A stretch of 64,000 bases of DNA from Amphiscolops sp. MND2022. Its lineage: Eukaryota. The translations under genes were made by a program, and so were the position numbers. Positions 49,501-61,933 of this stretch are shown piece by piece; positions within the stretch are counted from its first letter, which is position 1; every line of letters begins with the position of its first letter. The notes under the pieces were generated by a model. The model had not been told where the DNA came from. It saw only the letters and a program-made list of their open reading frames with translations, and ran no database searches. The stretch lies in contig OZ076409.1 in assembly GCA_964187785.1 (NCBI GenBank), positions 67,582,001 to 67,646,000 of the forward strand, given 5' to 3'.

Positions 49501-52489
49501 TCTTGAATATCTAAAGATGACACTGAGGGATCACACTTTGCGTTTGCGTGACTTTGAGAGAAATGACCTCTTAGTGACGACAATTGTGCTGGACTGTTCA
49601 AGTGTAAAACCTTTTCGACCAATATGGTGCCTGAGTTGGTTTTATTCTGTGGTATCAAGTAGTACTAGCCCCAATGATCACCTCAGTTGTGAAGATAAAA
49701 CTTTTCAATGACTACAAAACACCGACCTTCGAAGTCAAAGAATAACTCTTCCGTGTTTGCTATACATAATTCAAGACCATTGGAGCATTTTGCTCTCAAG
49801 TAAAATTTTCCATCCTAGTGATCCGTGTGCATTGTGGTGTGCATTTTAGCACGTTACTGGTCCAAACCCACATTGACGAAAGTCATTCTGCAAAAAACAC
49901 TGTTAATAAAAAACGAACTGTCAAAATGACAAGTTTGTGGACAAAAAGGCAGGTTTTCATTAAGAAAATCCCTTTTTTTAACAAGCGTGAGAGCAACGCT
50001 CTAAAGCAGTAAACTATTAAAGTGCCCACGGGTACAGAAAGTGAATCCTGGAAGTCATGCGAACAGAACAAACTATCGAAGAGATCAGACATCACCCTTG
50101 GTCCGAAAGTGGAATGGCCTGAAAAAACATCTCCACCCAACATCAATATATCACTCCCGATGTTTTGTTTGATGACATGTTGAAAACAAAACAAGCTAGC
50201 ACAATGGTCGTCCCTGTGAACAATCTTGACGAAATGAGTAACAAACCTGAACAGAGTTTACGAACTATTGAAGACGAAACGAAGATGGAACCTGAATGTG
50301 ACCTGTTAATGGCCTTTCTATTAACTCTGAAGCCTCTCGCGAGCTCGTTTGACAATGTTGATACAGTGAACCACCAAAGAGCAAAACGATTTAAATATTG
50401 TCAAATAAATTTTTTCAGAGTATCCCTGAATTTCAAAAAAATGTCATGCAGGTCGTGTTTGAGGCTTTATTGAGCTACTAGATTCGAATTCTCTTGAATA
50501 TTAACGGTTGGAAACACGCAAACTCTTACACAAAGCTGTCACTGAAATCACGCTCACTCTTCAAGAAAGTAAACAAAGTCTATATCTAGTCGCTGAGGTC
50601 TCTGGTGATGAGGAGGAGGAAGTTCGTCGAGCAATATCGTTATGAATCGATTTGATAGACAAAGACACTTTACGAACTCGAGTTGCTCGATAGATTCACT
50701 TAACAAGTACAAAACTGTTATGACGAACTGCAGTCGAAGCGCTAAAATGAATATGGGTCTCATTTGCGTCTCAATCCCACTTGCGGGCATGAAAACCATC
50801 AGAATTTTAACAAGTTATCTCAACTATATAGTATCACTGAAGAACATCAGTTCCAGTCGGCACCCAGAACTGAGTATCTGGTTCTACCCACCGATTACGG
50901 AATTCGGGGTGCTGGCATTGATCTCGTCCTCGCAGCTATGTGCCTTGAAAAACTATGCCACGCTTGCCGGCATGAGCAACAACTACTTAGTTTCGAACAC
51001 AGGAGCTCTGTGGGCTCGTAACGAACAAACTTCGAGTTTCACGTATGTTCAGTTTCACTCAAACAAAAGGCCATGTCCTTTAACAACGAGCAAAATTCAA
51101 TGCTGCATAGCGAGCGATTGCAATCTGTTTTTGACCATCCATCTCATCTACTTTTGTTGAAAAAACGTCTTTGGCAGTCTCGAAGGTAGTGGGTACGTGC
51201 GAAAGCCAACTGAATAATAACATCTGATGTTCGTGAATACTAGATTGCATGGTCACAATTCAATTGTGCAACTTGGGATGACCTATTACGTTCTTGCAAT
51301 ATCAAATCAACATAACCCACCATTTTTTTGCAAAGGTGGGAGAGGGGGTACCCTCAACTCCAAATTCTTGCTTTGCAACAGAGTGTCAAACGAGAAACCT
51401 ATCTGCAAATATTGTACTGAAACCTGAGAAAATATCAACACAACACTATTTTGGCGAAAATCCATTGACGAAACAAATTCCCTTTTATCAACTGCTCAGT
51501 TGCTGCCAAATCTATCGGAAGAAACATCTGAGCCACGTTCTGCCAAACAAGGTCTTCACAAACGTATTCACCTTGAAACGCAGTTCTTCAAAGTAGGATT
51601 GCCTGGTGATTCAAATAAATTTCCTCCCACTGGTCACAGACGTGGTTGTCCACCAGAAAACCCTCTACCAGCATGGTCGACCGGACCAAAAAGGCATTGG
51701 CGTGGCCCCCTACAAACACCTATCCTCTTTTGTGAGGCTAATTGGTCTCAATATTATCGACACCAAAAAAATCATTAAAAATGGTTGTTCAATGATAAAG
51801 GTCCATGGCGTCCCAGCGGAGAAAACAGCCTGGTTCTCCACAATCCAGTTTGACTACCCACGGAAGTTGTCACTACTTGAGGTAATGAACTACTGACTGT
51901 ATGCACTCGACCCTGATGGTTGCAGCAAAAACATGGCACTAAAACCTATTTCTCAGTTCATAATTTGCTTACCTATTTCATGGTTATCAGTGAAACCTGA
52001 CATTAAAAAAATCTCAAAAGTTCAAAATTGGCCACAAAAGTGGTCTTTGGAACGGCATTTTCACTGGCGCTTTTTCTTCAATGTCTTTTTGTTCTTGTTA
52101 TTTTGTTTACTTTATAATTCCAGTCTTGAAAGATTCAATGTCAATTCATTCAGTAGGTTTTCCATAATGCTAAACGTGATAATTCATGTTTTTGACCTCA
52201 TGAGCTCTAAATCTGTGAATTGCAGGACTTTGTCTAGTTTTGCCTTTGTGCCATTCTCAGAAGCAGTTCGTACCTTTTCCTCGATACGCTCCCTGAAAGT
52301 TGCCGCTAAACGGAATACCGGTATGGACCTGCACAACAGTGTGTGTTGCCCAAAGCAAGCTGAACTATGGACAAAAAATTATCAAAAAAATGTTTTTTAG
52401 AAAGTGGTCTTTCCGCTGACAAGAAGTTTTATCGGAACTAACTTCTAACTGATCTGCAAACCTAATTTTTGGTGGTGTAGAAAAGTAGT

Positions 52490-52936
52490 TTTGAAATCAT
52501 GACAGTGCTAGGCTAGCAAGGTCTTTTTCAAATTAGTGCAGGAAAATTATGCCAATCAAAGGATGCTCTTAGATTTTTAAACAGAAAAACGATTTTGATT
52601 TGATCGAAGGTGCATTCTTGAGTGCTTGTTGTCTAGCTCTAGGTTTGCACCAATTGTGGCAGTCAGTAGACGATACAGGCTAGCGATGGCACAAGACAAA
52701 ATCTCAGTGTTCCCCATACAGCAAAAGATGATAGTGCAACAGTACTCTTGCAAAATCATAAATTTGAAGTCCTAATGGATTCCAAAAAGGTTGTTTAATT
52801 GCCATGTCTAATTGCCCAATGTCCCGGGAGTTTGAAACGATCACATCTAATGTCGAATCTCAGTGATGTTGCGATTGAAGAAAGCTGATGAAATATTCTA
52901 ATTGGATGTTTGACGTGGTACTGAGCATGTGATTGG
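52490..52936 (-). mobile_element. Second fragment of the same LINE family
   Basis: 52862-52934 (gtgatgttgcgatt..atgtttgacg.gg.actgagcatgtgattg) matches 46270-46342. Confidence 0.55.
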
Positions 52937-53672
52937 CCGAGACCGGCTAAATAGGTTTTTACATAATTTCAACTATTTCAACGTTTTCAACTAATCAGCG
53001 TAAAGCTACTATTTGATCGATTTGTTTTCTTTTGTTTTCAGACATGAGAGATGCCACCGGTTAAGAACGCCAGCGCGACACTGCGCAAATACTCTGAGAT
53101 AAGTAATCGCTTCAGAATTATTGATTAGACTATTCCATTTTGCAAAGTTTGCAATCCTGCTATTTCTCACGACCAGAAATCTCACGTCACCTAGCATTTA
53201 CAACCCGTGACTCATATCAGAAACGAAAGTTTGGACGAACGAAAGTGCCAACAACAACTGAATTTTCCCGACATTGGACAATCGGAAAAATGGGTGAAAG
53301 CAAACGCAGTGGTTCCCTTTCGAATTTTGAAAACAAAAACCTCAGGATATTTCTCGAATCTGTATTGAGCCACAAGTTACCATCGGAGAACTCTCTTCGC
53401 TAAAAATACACTGACCTGGTTGTCAACAAAGAAAAGGAAAATATCATCGAAATTTTGAAGTCTCATTATCCATATCTGAAACAAAAATCAATCTATTCAT
53501 TAACTTGCAAAACCATATCTGGTAAAAATAAACATTATGGAACAAGTGACAGGTTATGCGGTTTCACAGCTGTTTTCTGAGTGAATTTACTGCACTTTGG
53601 ATGTTTCGCCATAAAGTTATAGAGAAATTTCCGGGACTCGAATTTGTACGTCGGATTTAGTTTATTTATTGT

Positions 53673-55432
53673 TGTCACGACCCGCTCCCGGTCGTGGGTG
53701 TGAATGGTGTTTTGCACTTGGACGTGGAAGAGGTCGCGGCTACTGCAAGTATCATTAAACTAAACTACTTAAAACTAATGTAATTCTACTCACAGTACAG
53801 CTAAAATCACTTGTAGATAATCTCCCAAAACAAAGTCTAACGTAAGCGTTACGGAATATTTTCAGGAATGATTTTTGGCTGAAACTTCCGCACTCCGCTC
53901 GCTCTCCGTTTGGTCTGACAGCTAAGCTATAAGCAACCTTAAGACGTACGGAGCAGCTACGGAGCGAATTGTAAAATTGTATTCCACCGTTCTACCATAA
54001 GCAATCTTAATACGTACGGAGCATTTACGGAGCAACTTAAGAAATTGTGACTAAGAAATTTTGCAATGAATGAATTCCTTGAAAGATCTTTTCTGAATCG
54101 ATGCACCTTAAGAAATCTTAAGATTATGTTTACATAAAGAATAGTTGTACTGTGGGATAGGATTATAAAGTGAACGTAATACTCGCGTTGATTTGAAGTT
54201 TGTATAAAATTTGATACGATGCAGTAATAATCATTCTAGTAATCTCTCATATTTCTTTTCTACTCTTGCCCAATCCTCCCCCGGGTGCTATGATGTTGTT
54301 TTTTTATACGTCTTCTTAGATCTTTGAGTCTGAATACTTTGTGTGTTAACTGCTAAACAAGTTTTGGCAAACGGACCATTTCCGTGGCATTTAGTTGATG
54401 CTAAAGACCAAATGTTTTGTTTTGTGTTTCAATGCATGTAAAGTTCGTAGGAATTTGCCATTTTATAGACAATTCGTTTCCGAAAGGCTTCTCAGCATTG
54501 CTTTGTTCTTCATTTTGATCTCCCAAGTGTTTCTGACTCTAAAATATTTACATCTGTCATAATTCTGTCGCTATTTTTTGAGTGTCATTCTTTTACTCCG
54601 AATTTCAACTCTCAAGTTAGGAAGCTGACTAATTGATCATGCCGGCGTGCCTGCGTCGATGAAAATGAAAGCTAGACATTTGTTTTGCCGCAATTTTGAA
54701 GTTTAAACAGGAAATGGAAATGCTTGAACAAAAATGTTTTCAACAAAGATTAACGGAACGATGACGTGTCTAGGAATTGTAAAACCTAGTCTTAAGACGC
54801 CGGGCTGAAATAATCTGAATCATTGACGGCTTTTGATGAACAAAACCGATTTTTGTGATACCTAAGAATTTTTAGGTGAGGAACAAATGATGCTGGGAAG
54901 GTACAAATATGTAAAATATACATGTAAAGGAGTTAGTTTTTGACCTGCTTTGTAACAATCAGTTCTGTTCCGTTATCATAACGTGTTCAAAAGAAAATCT
55001 AAATTTTTGAAGAATTCAACTTTTCCAAAGATACTCTCTCTCTCTTAATAAAAATGACTACTAGAAGCCAGAAGAGGAAAGCTGTAGCTGAGTTAGTATT
55101 AGGAGATTTTGAAGCTTCTTTGGCTGAGAACAATTCTACTGAAAACCTGATAGCTAGTTCCAGTAAAAATCCTAGACTTGAGCTTGAAAACTTGGAGGAG
55201 ATAAAGACAACTCTGAGAAAATAAATCATGCCTGATCTAACAAAAATACTCGCTGAAAATCAAAAGGAGATGCTCAAACTCATAGCACCTGTGAGCAAAA
55301 AACGCCCAATTAGCTCAAACACCCAAGATTCTGATTCGGATCAAGAACGCATCTCCGTAGCAAGAACGTTCACCCCAGTTAAAACACAAACTGCGACTAG
55401 TTCTAAAACATCTCCGGTAAATAGTCGTAACA
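53673..55432 (+). repeat. 5' LTR (inferred)
   Basis: Begins TGTCACGA and ends CGTAACA directly before the PBS, the same termini as the proven LTRs at 15696 and 19196; second copy not visible. Confidence 0.8.
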
Positions 55433-56463
55433 TGGTGACAGGAGTCCTCAATGACTCTACCAACCAACCCACGAAAAGATTGAAACAACAACGTGCATCC
55501 AACGAGCAAACAAAAGACCGTCCTTCAACATCTAAAATACTGATCGCGCCACAACCGCAAACATTTCCAGCTACCAACCTACTTCCTATGCCGAAAGCAC
55601 TCACTGCTTCGCTTCCAGTCTTCGATGGTAAGTCCGAAAAGTTTGAACTTTTTGAGGACCTATTCCGAAACAAAATCAAAATGTACCCTCACTTAACCGA
55701 GATACAAAAGATCAACTACTTCCATTCACTCCTACGAGGAAACGCGCTACAAGCGTATTGTAATCTAGATGACACTAAAAAAGACAACCTAGAAGAAGTC
55801 ATAACGGCATTCAAACGTCGCTTTGGCGATTTCCAATCATCCGCTAAAGCGAGATGCGAGTGGGATGCGCTGCACTTCGACCCCACTAAACAAAAATTCC
55901 ACGAATTTCTTGACGCGTTACAAAAAACCGCAAAAGAAGCGTTTGGCTCAGAAGCCCAGAAGTTCATCGACAAAGCGATATACGCTAAAATACCGGATCA
56001 CGTAAAAAAGATCATTAACAGAGCCTACCTAGAAGATAAGCCCTATAATGACATTGTTCTACACCTTGAACGTGAAAAGCGACTCAACGGACTAGGAGCG
56101 CCCGATGAAACCACTCTAGTCCCCCTAAAAACTGTGGACGCAGCAGTGGCGGACGATAAGAAGGAACAACAGCAGAGAGGGTACTGTTTCCACTGTGGGA
56201 AGTCCGGCCATTACAAAGCACAATGCCGTCGCCTTCGCAAAGACAGGTACTACGCCACAAAAACAAGTACCACAGACACCAAACAAACAGATACAGCTAA
56301 ACCCAAATGCGATACTTCTGGGAAAATGCACAAAAGCGAAAATTGCTGGGACGGAGCCAATGCGGCAAATGACCCCAGGAAACGCAAACGTGAGTTCACT
56401 ATCCCAACAAACAAGATTGATGAACAACCTGTACCTACAACGTCGTCCCAAGCAAAAAACTGA
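55054..56463 (+). CDS. gag: gag (one premature TAA at 55222; open from 55228)
   Basis: LPVFDGKSEKFELFEDLF capsid-like start; zinc knuckle CFHCGKSGHYKAQC plus a degenerate second knuckle CDTSGKMHKSENC. Confidence 0.88.
55433..55445 (+). promoter_or_regulatory. Primer-binding site (tRNA-Leu-like), lying within the gag frame
   Basis: TGGTGACAGGAGT. Confidence 0.8.
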
Positions 56464-59400
56464 AGTCGCCGCGCCTACGCTTTGGGCAAAAAGTAGACGC
56501 GAGGGCGTACACCATCGAAGACCCCCCAAATAAGTACGAAGAAGATTTTTTCGCAGAGTGTAACGAAGAACCAACTCAGGACTGGCAACGTCGATGGAAC
56601 GTAGGCATGATACTCCGACACAATGCCAGACATCCAGACGACCCGACACCACTACCCCAATGGATAACAGAGTCACCAGACAACTACGCAACACTCAAGC
56701 GACCCTTGCCAGAATCAAAAGCTGAGCGTATCTACACTTACGATAGAGACAACAGATGCGATCCTTGGGACGAACCAACCATTCATGATACTAACAAACT
56801 CTCCTTCAAAATACAAGTCTCTAGCCCCCAGGCTCAATCCACAGAAATCATGAACCTACCATCACCACCATCGCCAATTCTAAAAAGAACCACACCATCC
56901 CCAACAATACCCGTCACCATCACGCCCACACCGATAGACGCAGAAAACATCATCTGCATCTATATGGGAGACAAGCAAGACAAAACAATATGGGCACACC
57001 AAGGAAAAAGAAAACGAGAGAATGCCGACCCTCCAGTAGCCCTTTCAAAAACCGCGCCCGTCACAGCACTGATGAACGACGACGTAGAAATCACGGAATG
57101 TCCCTCAAAATTGCCTGAAGATCTATATGCCATCAAAGAATTCATCCAACATGACAAAGATGACGACTACATTCCGTTAATGTCTTCCATCGCCCTCAAG
57201 AAGAAAAAATGAATGCTTTTTCTACCAGTCGAAATAAACACAATCAAAATCGACGCTCTAGTCGACTCAGGTGCGTACATCAACGCTACTAGCGAAAGGG
57301 ACGCTGAAAAACTCCGACAGCACGCTAACCAGTGCATCGTCAACAAGGCACCCCCACCCCCTTTCAAAGTGCAGTATGCCAATGCTAAATTAGAACAACC
57401 ACTTGCCACGTACACCCTACGTTTCAAAATAGGGGACTACACCTTTGAAGAAACATTCATTATCATGAATCAAACGTCATTCCCCATAATCGGATTAGCG
57501 TTCCTACGTAAACATGCCGCAATTCTCGACACGGCACAAGGAACCATTGACTTTCCTAAAATCCAAATCACGATGGCGCTCACGGATGAAAGACAAAAGT
57601 GCAATCCCAAGCCCATCACGATAAAAACCGAAGCCAAGCATACAATCCCAGCGCACTCTACCCGAATCATCTACGCAACAATCCCTGTGAGTAGCGACCA
57701 CTCAATAACGGGCACAATACAACCCCTACCACAATTCGATGAATGCGCGAAGGTAATAGTAGCCCCAGCGATTACAACAGCCAGAGACAAAAAGATACCA
57801 ATTAAAATCGCCAACACCACGGATTTCCCATACACAATAGCCACCAACACCAAAATGGCCGAACTGCAAATCCTGAAACCCGAAGAAACGAAGATGATCC
57901 GCCCAGTTGACATAGCCGCCCTAAATCTCCTCACTGACCATGACGATGTGGTCACGTACATTAATGCACTAATGCAAGTAGAGCGGCCCGAAGACAAAGA
58001 AGAAAAATTCTGGTTTCCGACTCCGGAACACCCAGGAAACGAACTAGAACATTCGCCCATACAAAAGCGAATCTTGAAAGTACTGCGAGACCTTGCCGAA
58101 CTAGAACAACTTGACCCAACCGAAAACGAAGAGTCTCGCAACAAATTCCTATCCATGTTCAAATGGACAGACTCACTAATTGCGGGCAAAGACCGTGAAA
58201 ACCTTGAGGACACCATTGTCGAATTCAATGACATCTTCGCTCCACACCGACTAGACATCGGGATGAACACACAATTCAAAGTCAGCCTAACACCACAAGA
58301 TGACAAACCAGTCTACACACAAAGCCTACCGGTTCCCATCAACCTCAAAGAAGACCTAACCGTAGAACTGGCCCTCATGCACCGATACGGTATCATCACG
58401 ACACTCCCCTTCTCCAAGTTCGCCAGTCCTATATTTGCAAAGCGGAAACCCAACGGCAAGCTGAGACTGCTGGTGGATCTGCGCAAAATCAACGCACTCA
58501 TAGCAGATGACTACATCAACAACAACCACCCTGTCAGCACCCTCTCAGATGCGGCACAACACCTAGCAGGGAAAAAACTATTTTGCAGTCTTGACTGCTC
58601 CCAGGCGTACCACTGCCTCCAAATGGCAGATCAAAGGTCAGTAGAATTACTTGCTTTCAATTTTGCTAGTAGGACGTTCGCCTACCGTCGCCTGGCACAA
58701 GGACTAAGCAGAGCTCTATCAGCTTTTTCGAGCTTTATGTGTGAGTATCTGGATTCAGTCATCAAAGCAGACCAATGTGCACAATACGTAGACGACATTG
58801 GCAACGCCGCAAATACAACGGAACAGCTCATAAAGAACATCAGAGCAGTTTTCAAGTGCATTAGAGAGGCAGGATTAAAACTAGCCATTGAAAAATGCCA
58901 CTTTGGAGTAACCCAAATCGAATTTTTTGGCCGAACCATCACCCTGACGGAGTAGCCCCGCAAGATCAAAAAGTAAAAAATTTCCTCTTCAAAGTACGCT
59001 TCCCCAAATCCAAAAAACAAGTTCAAAAACACATTGGCTTTGTGAACTATTACCGCAATTACATACCGCGATTGTCAGAAAAATTCATCGGCATGTACGA
59101 ATTTCTCAAAGCAGACTCCAAGATCAGAATTTCAGAAGAACTTGTCGACAACTTTAAAGAAATCAACGCCAGTTTAGCGGAAGCTTGTGGACTCGCACTC
59201 CGACAGCCCATAGCAGGAAAACAGTACGTCCTAATGACGGATGCTAGCTTTCGCGCATCAGGCTACGCCCTCATGATTGAGGAGAACGACGAACGCAAAA
59301 TACTCTCCAAACGAAAAACCTTCGCACCAGTAGTGTTCGGATCACGAGTTTTTTCACCCGCACAACTGAAAATGTCCATCTACTGCAAAGAATTCTTAGC

Positions 59401-61742
59401 AATCTACCACGCTTTCCTCGAATACAGTTCCAACAACCATTCCAACGCTGGTCTTAACAGACAACCGCTCAGTAACTAGATTCTTCCAGACGAAAACGAC
59501 ACCCCCTGCACTCTGGAATGCCTGTGACTATGTATTACAATTCAAGTTCCGAATTATGCACGTAGCTGGCTCCCAAAACACGGCAGCAGATTTACTCTCA
59601 AGACTTGAACTTACACCGAAAGAAAAGGTACAACTTAAACTACGAGACGAGATCCTAACGTACCCAATTGAAGTTAATCTACAATCATCAGATGTAGCTG
59701 ACGAGGAACATTTTTTCTTCCTACCAGACGAAGAAGATGAATCTGATTAGGAAATTTTCGCCCGTAAAGCACTCAGCAAGCGACGTGCCCTAGACGAACA
59801 TGAGAGAGAACTATCAACAAAAGTAACTGAAGTCATCAAGATACCACTCAACTCCGCAGTCTACTCCTTCGGTGCAATTAAGGAAAATGCACGGATCAGA
59901 AACGAACAAGATACAGACCCTCTCCTCAAAGCACTGAAACAACGGATCTCACACGAAGAATATGACAAACACCTTCTCAAAACTGAACCACGAGGACGAA
60001 ACCTATTACGCCACGAAGAAAGAATCATAATGAAGGATGGAGTTCTTATGCGGAGAAGACGGATCAGTCACCCATAACCAAATTATAATTCCAAAACACC
60101 TAGTTCCAGAACTCTTGTCTACTCTACATGGAAAAACAAATAAACACACAGGAATTACCAAAATGATACAAGAATGCAGAGCGAAATACTACTTCCCAGG
60201 TCTTGCACGCAAAATCAGAGCTTGGGTAACCAGTTGTCAGGATTGCATTGCCAATAAAAGAATTGACACGAGACAGATACGTCCCAAAATGCTAAGCAAC
60301 ACTGAATTCACAATGGGACCAGAAGACTGCCTAGAAGTAGACATCCTACCAAATCTACCTTCCTCAAATGGATACCAACACATCATAACGATGATGGATG
60401 TTTTTTCGCGTTACCTTGTCGCTTATCCGACTCAGGATATGACAGCAAAAACAGTCGCACGATGCATAATAGACGTCATGACACAACACTGCTATCTACC
60501 GACCGTCATTCTAACGGATGAAGGATCAAAATTCATGTCAGAAGTAGTCAACCAAATAGCACAAACACTGGATATACGGATAAGCCACGCATCGACGAAA
60601 CACGCTCAAACAATTGGCATCCTAGAAAGGACTCATGCTTCTTTGAAAACCTCTTTAAAGATATCAACGGGAGAACGACGCTCTATGTGGCACAAATACG
60701 TCCAAATTGCAGTCATGAATTACAATACAAGCTACCATTAATGCCTAGGTTGTGAACCTACAACAGTGTTTCACGGACGCATTCCGTACAACATTTTGGA
60801 CATAAAACTTGGATTGAAACCTAACTGGGAAAAAGATTGCAACGAAGAACTAACGGACCAACTACAGAAACAAATAGCCGAAATACACCAAGCTGCCAAA
60901 GAAAACCTAATGCAGTCTTACCTCAAATACAAACAGTACTACGAAAAGAAAGCAACGGCTACACCGCTCAAAGTCAACGACTACTGCTACGTCCTTAATC
61001 CGAAGGCAGACAATCAGTCAATGAAATTCGCCTTTAAAGATTGCATTTGGACCGGACCCTACATAGTTGTCAAAGTACTCTCGAACAACAACTACGTCGT
61101 ACGTCGCACGGAAACTAGGTACACTCAAACCCTCCATAGAATTCGCCTAAGGCTATATGCGCCCAATCAGCGAGTACCTGACGTAACAGTCAGAAGGGAA
61201 GATTACATTCCAGATCCAGAGGTTAAAACAACCCACAATGATTGGTACGCGCAAGCTTGGGAACCGAATTCGGAGAAGTTCTGTTCGGAAACAATACGGA
61301 AAACGCCGCCGAAGAAGCCACAGTTATAGAAATCACAGACACAACAGGAAACAACGAAACTACAACGGAAAATGATGTGGTTAAAACAATCACAAATGAA
61401 ATTGCAGCGGAAAATGACGTGGTTAAAACAACCACAACCGAAGATATAACGGAAAATGACGTGGCTCAAACAGCCACAAATGAAAATACTGCAGGAGATA
61501 AAACATCCTCCGACAATATAACGTCATTTAACTTGGACGTCAGCGACAACCCCTATATTTTTACACCGCCGCCTATAGAAAGCCCTCCCCAAACACCCGA
61601 ACTTCCGCCTATAGTCATTGGATATAATCCTAGGAAAGTAGGCCGATACAATTTGAGACCTAATCCACGACCTAACGTAAATCCTGACTTCAGAATGCTC
61701 GACTCAGTCACTACGGGAGAACTACGATCAACTCAGGACTAG
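56460..61742 (+). pseudogene. pol: pol (protease, RT, RNase H, integrase) with stops and frameshifts
   Basis: ALVDSGA; LRLLVDLRKIN..LDCSQAY..QYVDD; TDAS; H..H..CQDC; D..D..E (VDIL, TDEG, LERTH); WTGPY. Lesions near 57210, 58945, 59425, 59748, 60050, 60739 and 61262. Confidence 0.93.
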
Positions 61743-61933
61743 ACAAAAAATCAGCAAATCAAACCGAACCGGAATGACTACGTCAATTTTTGCAATAAAC
61801 TAAAACTACGTAAATATAACGAACGACTGGTGTGACTCGTAGAAATCAATCAGACCATAAAACAAAGAATACAAATAACAAGTACATCAAAAGAAATAAT
61901 TCATCAGGAAACCAAATCATCATCAGTTATCCA

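Noticed and set aside
57210..57212. Programmed stop-codon readthrough before the protease
   Set aside because: More simply a CGA-to-TGA decay mutation; this copy has many other lesions and a -1 frameshift site already links gag to pol.
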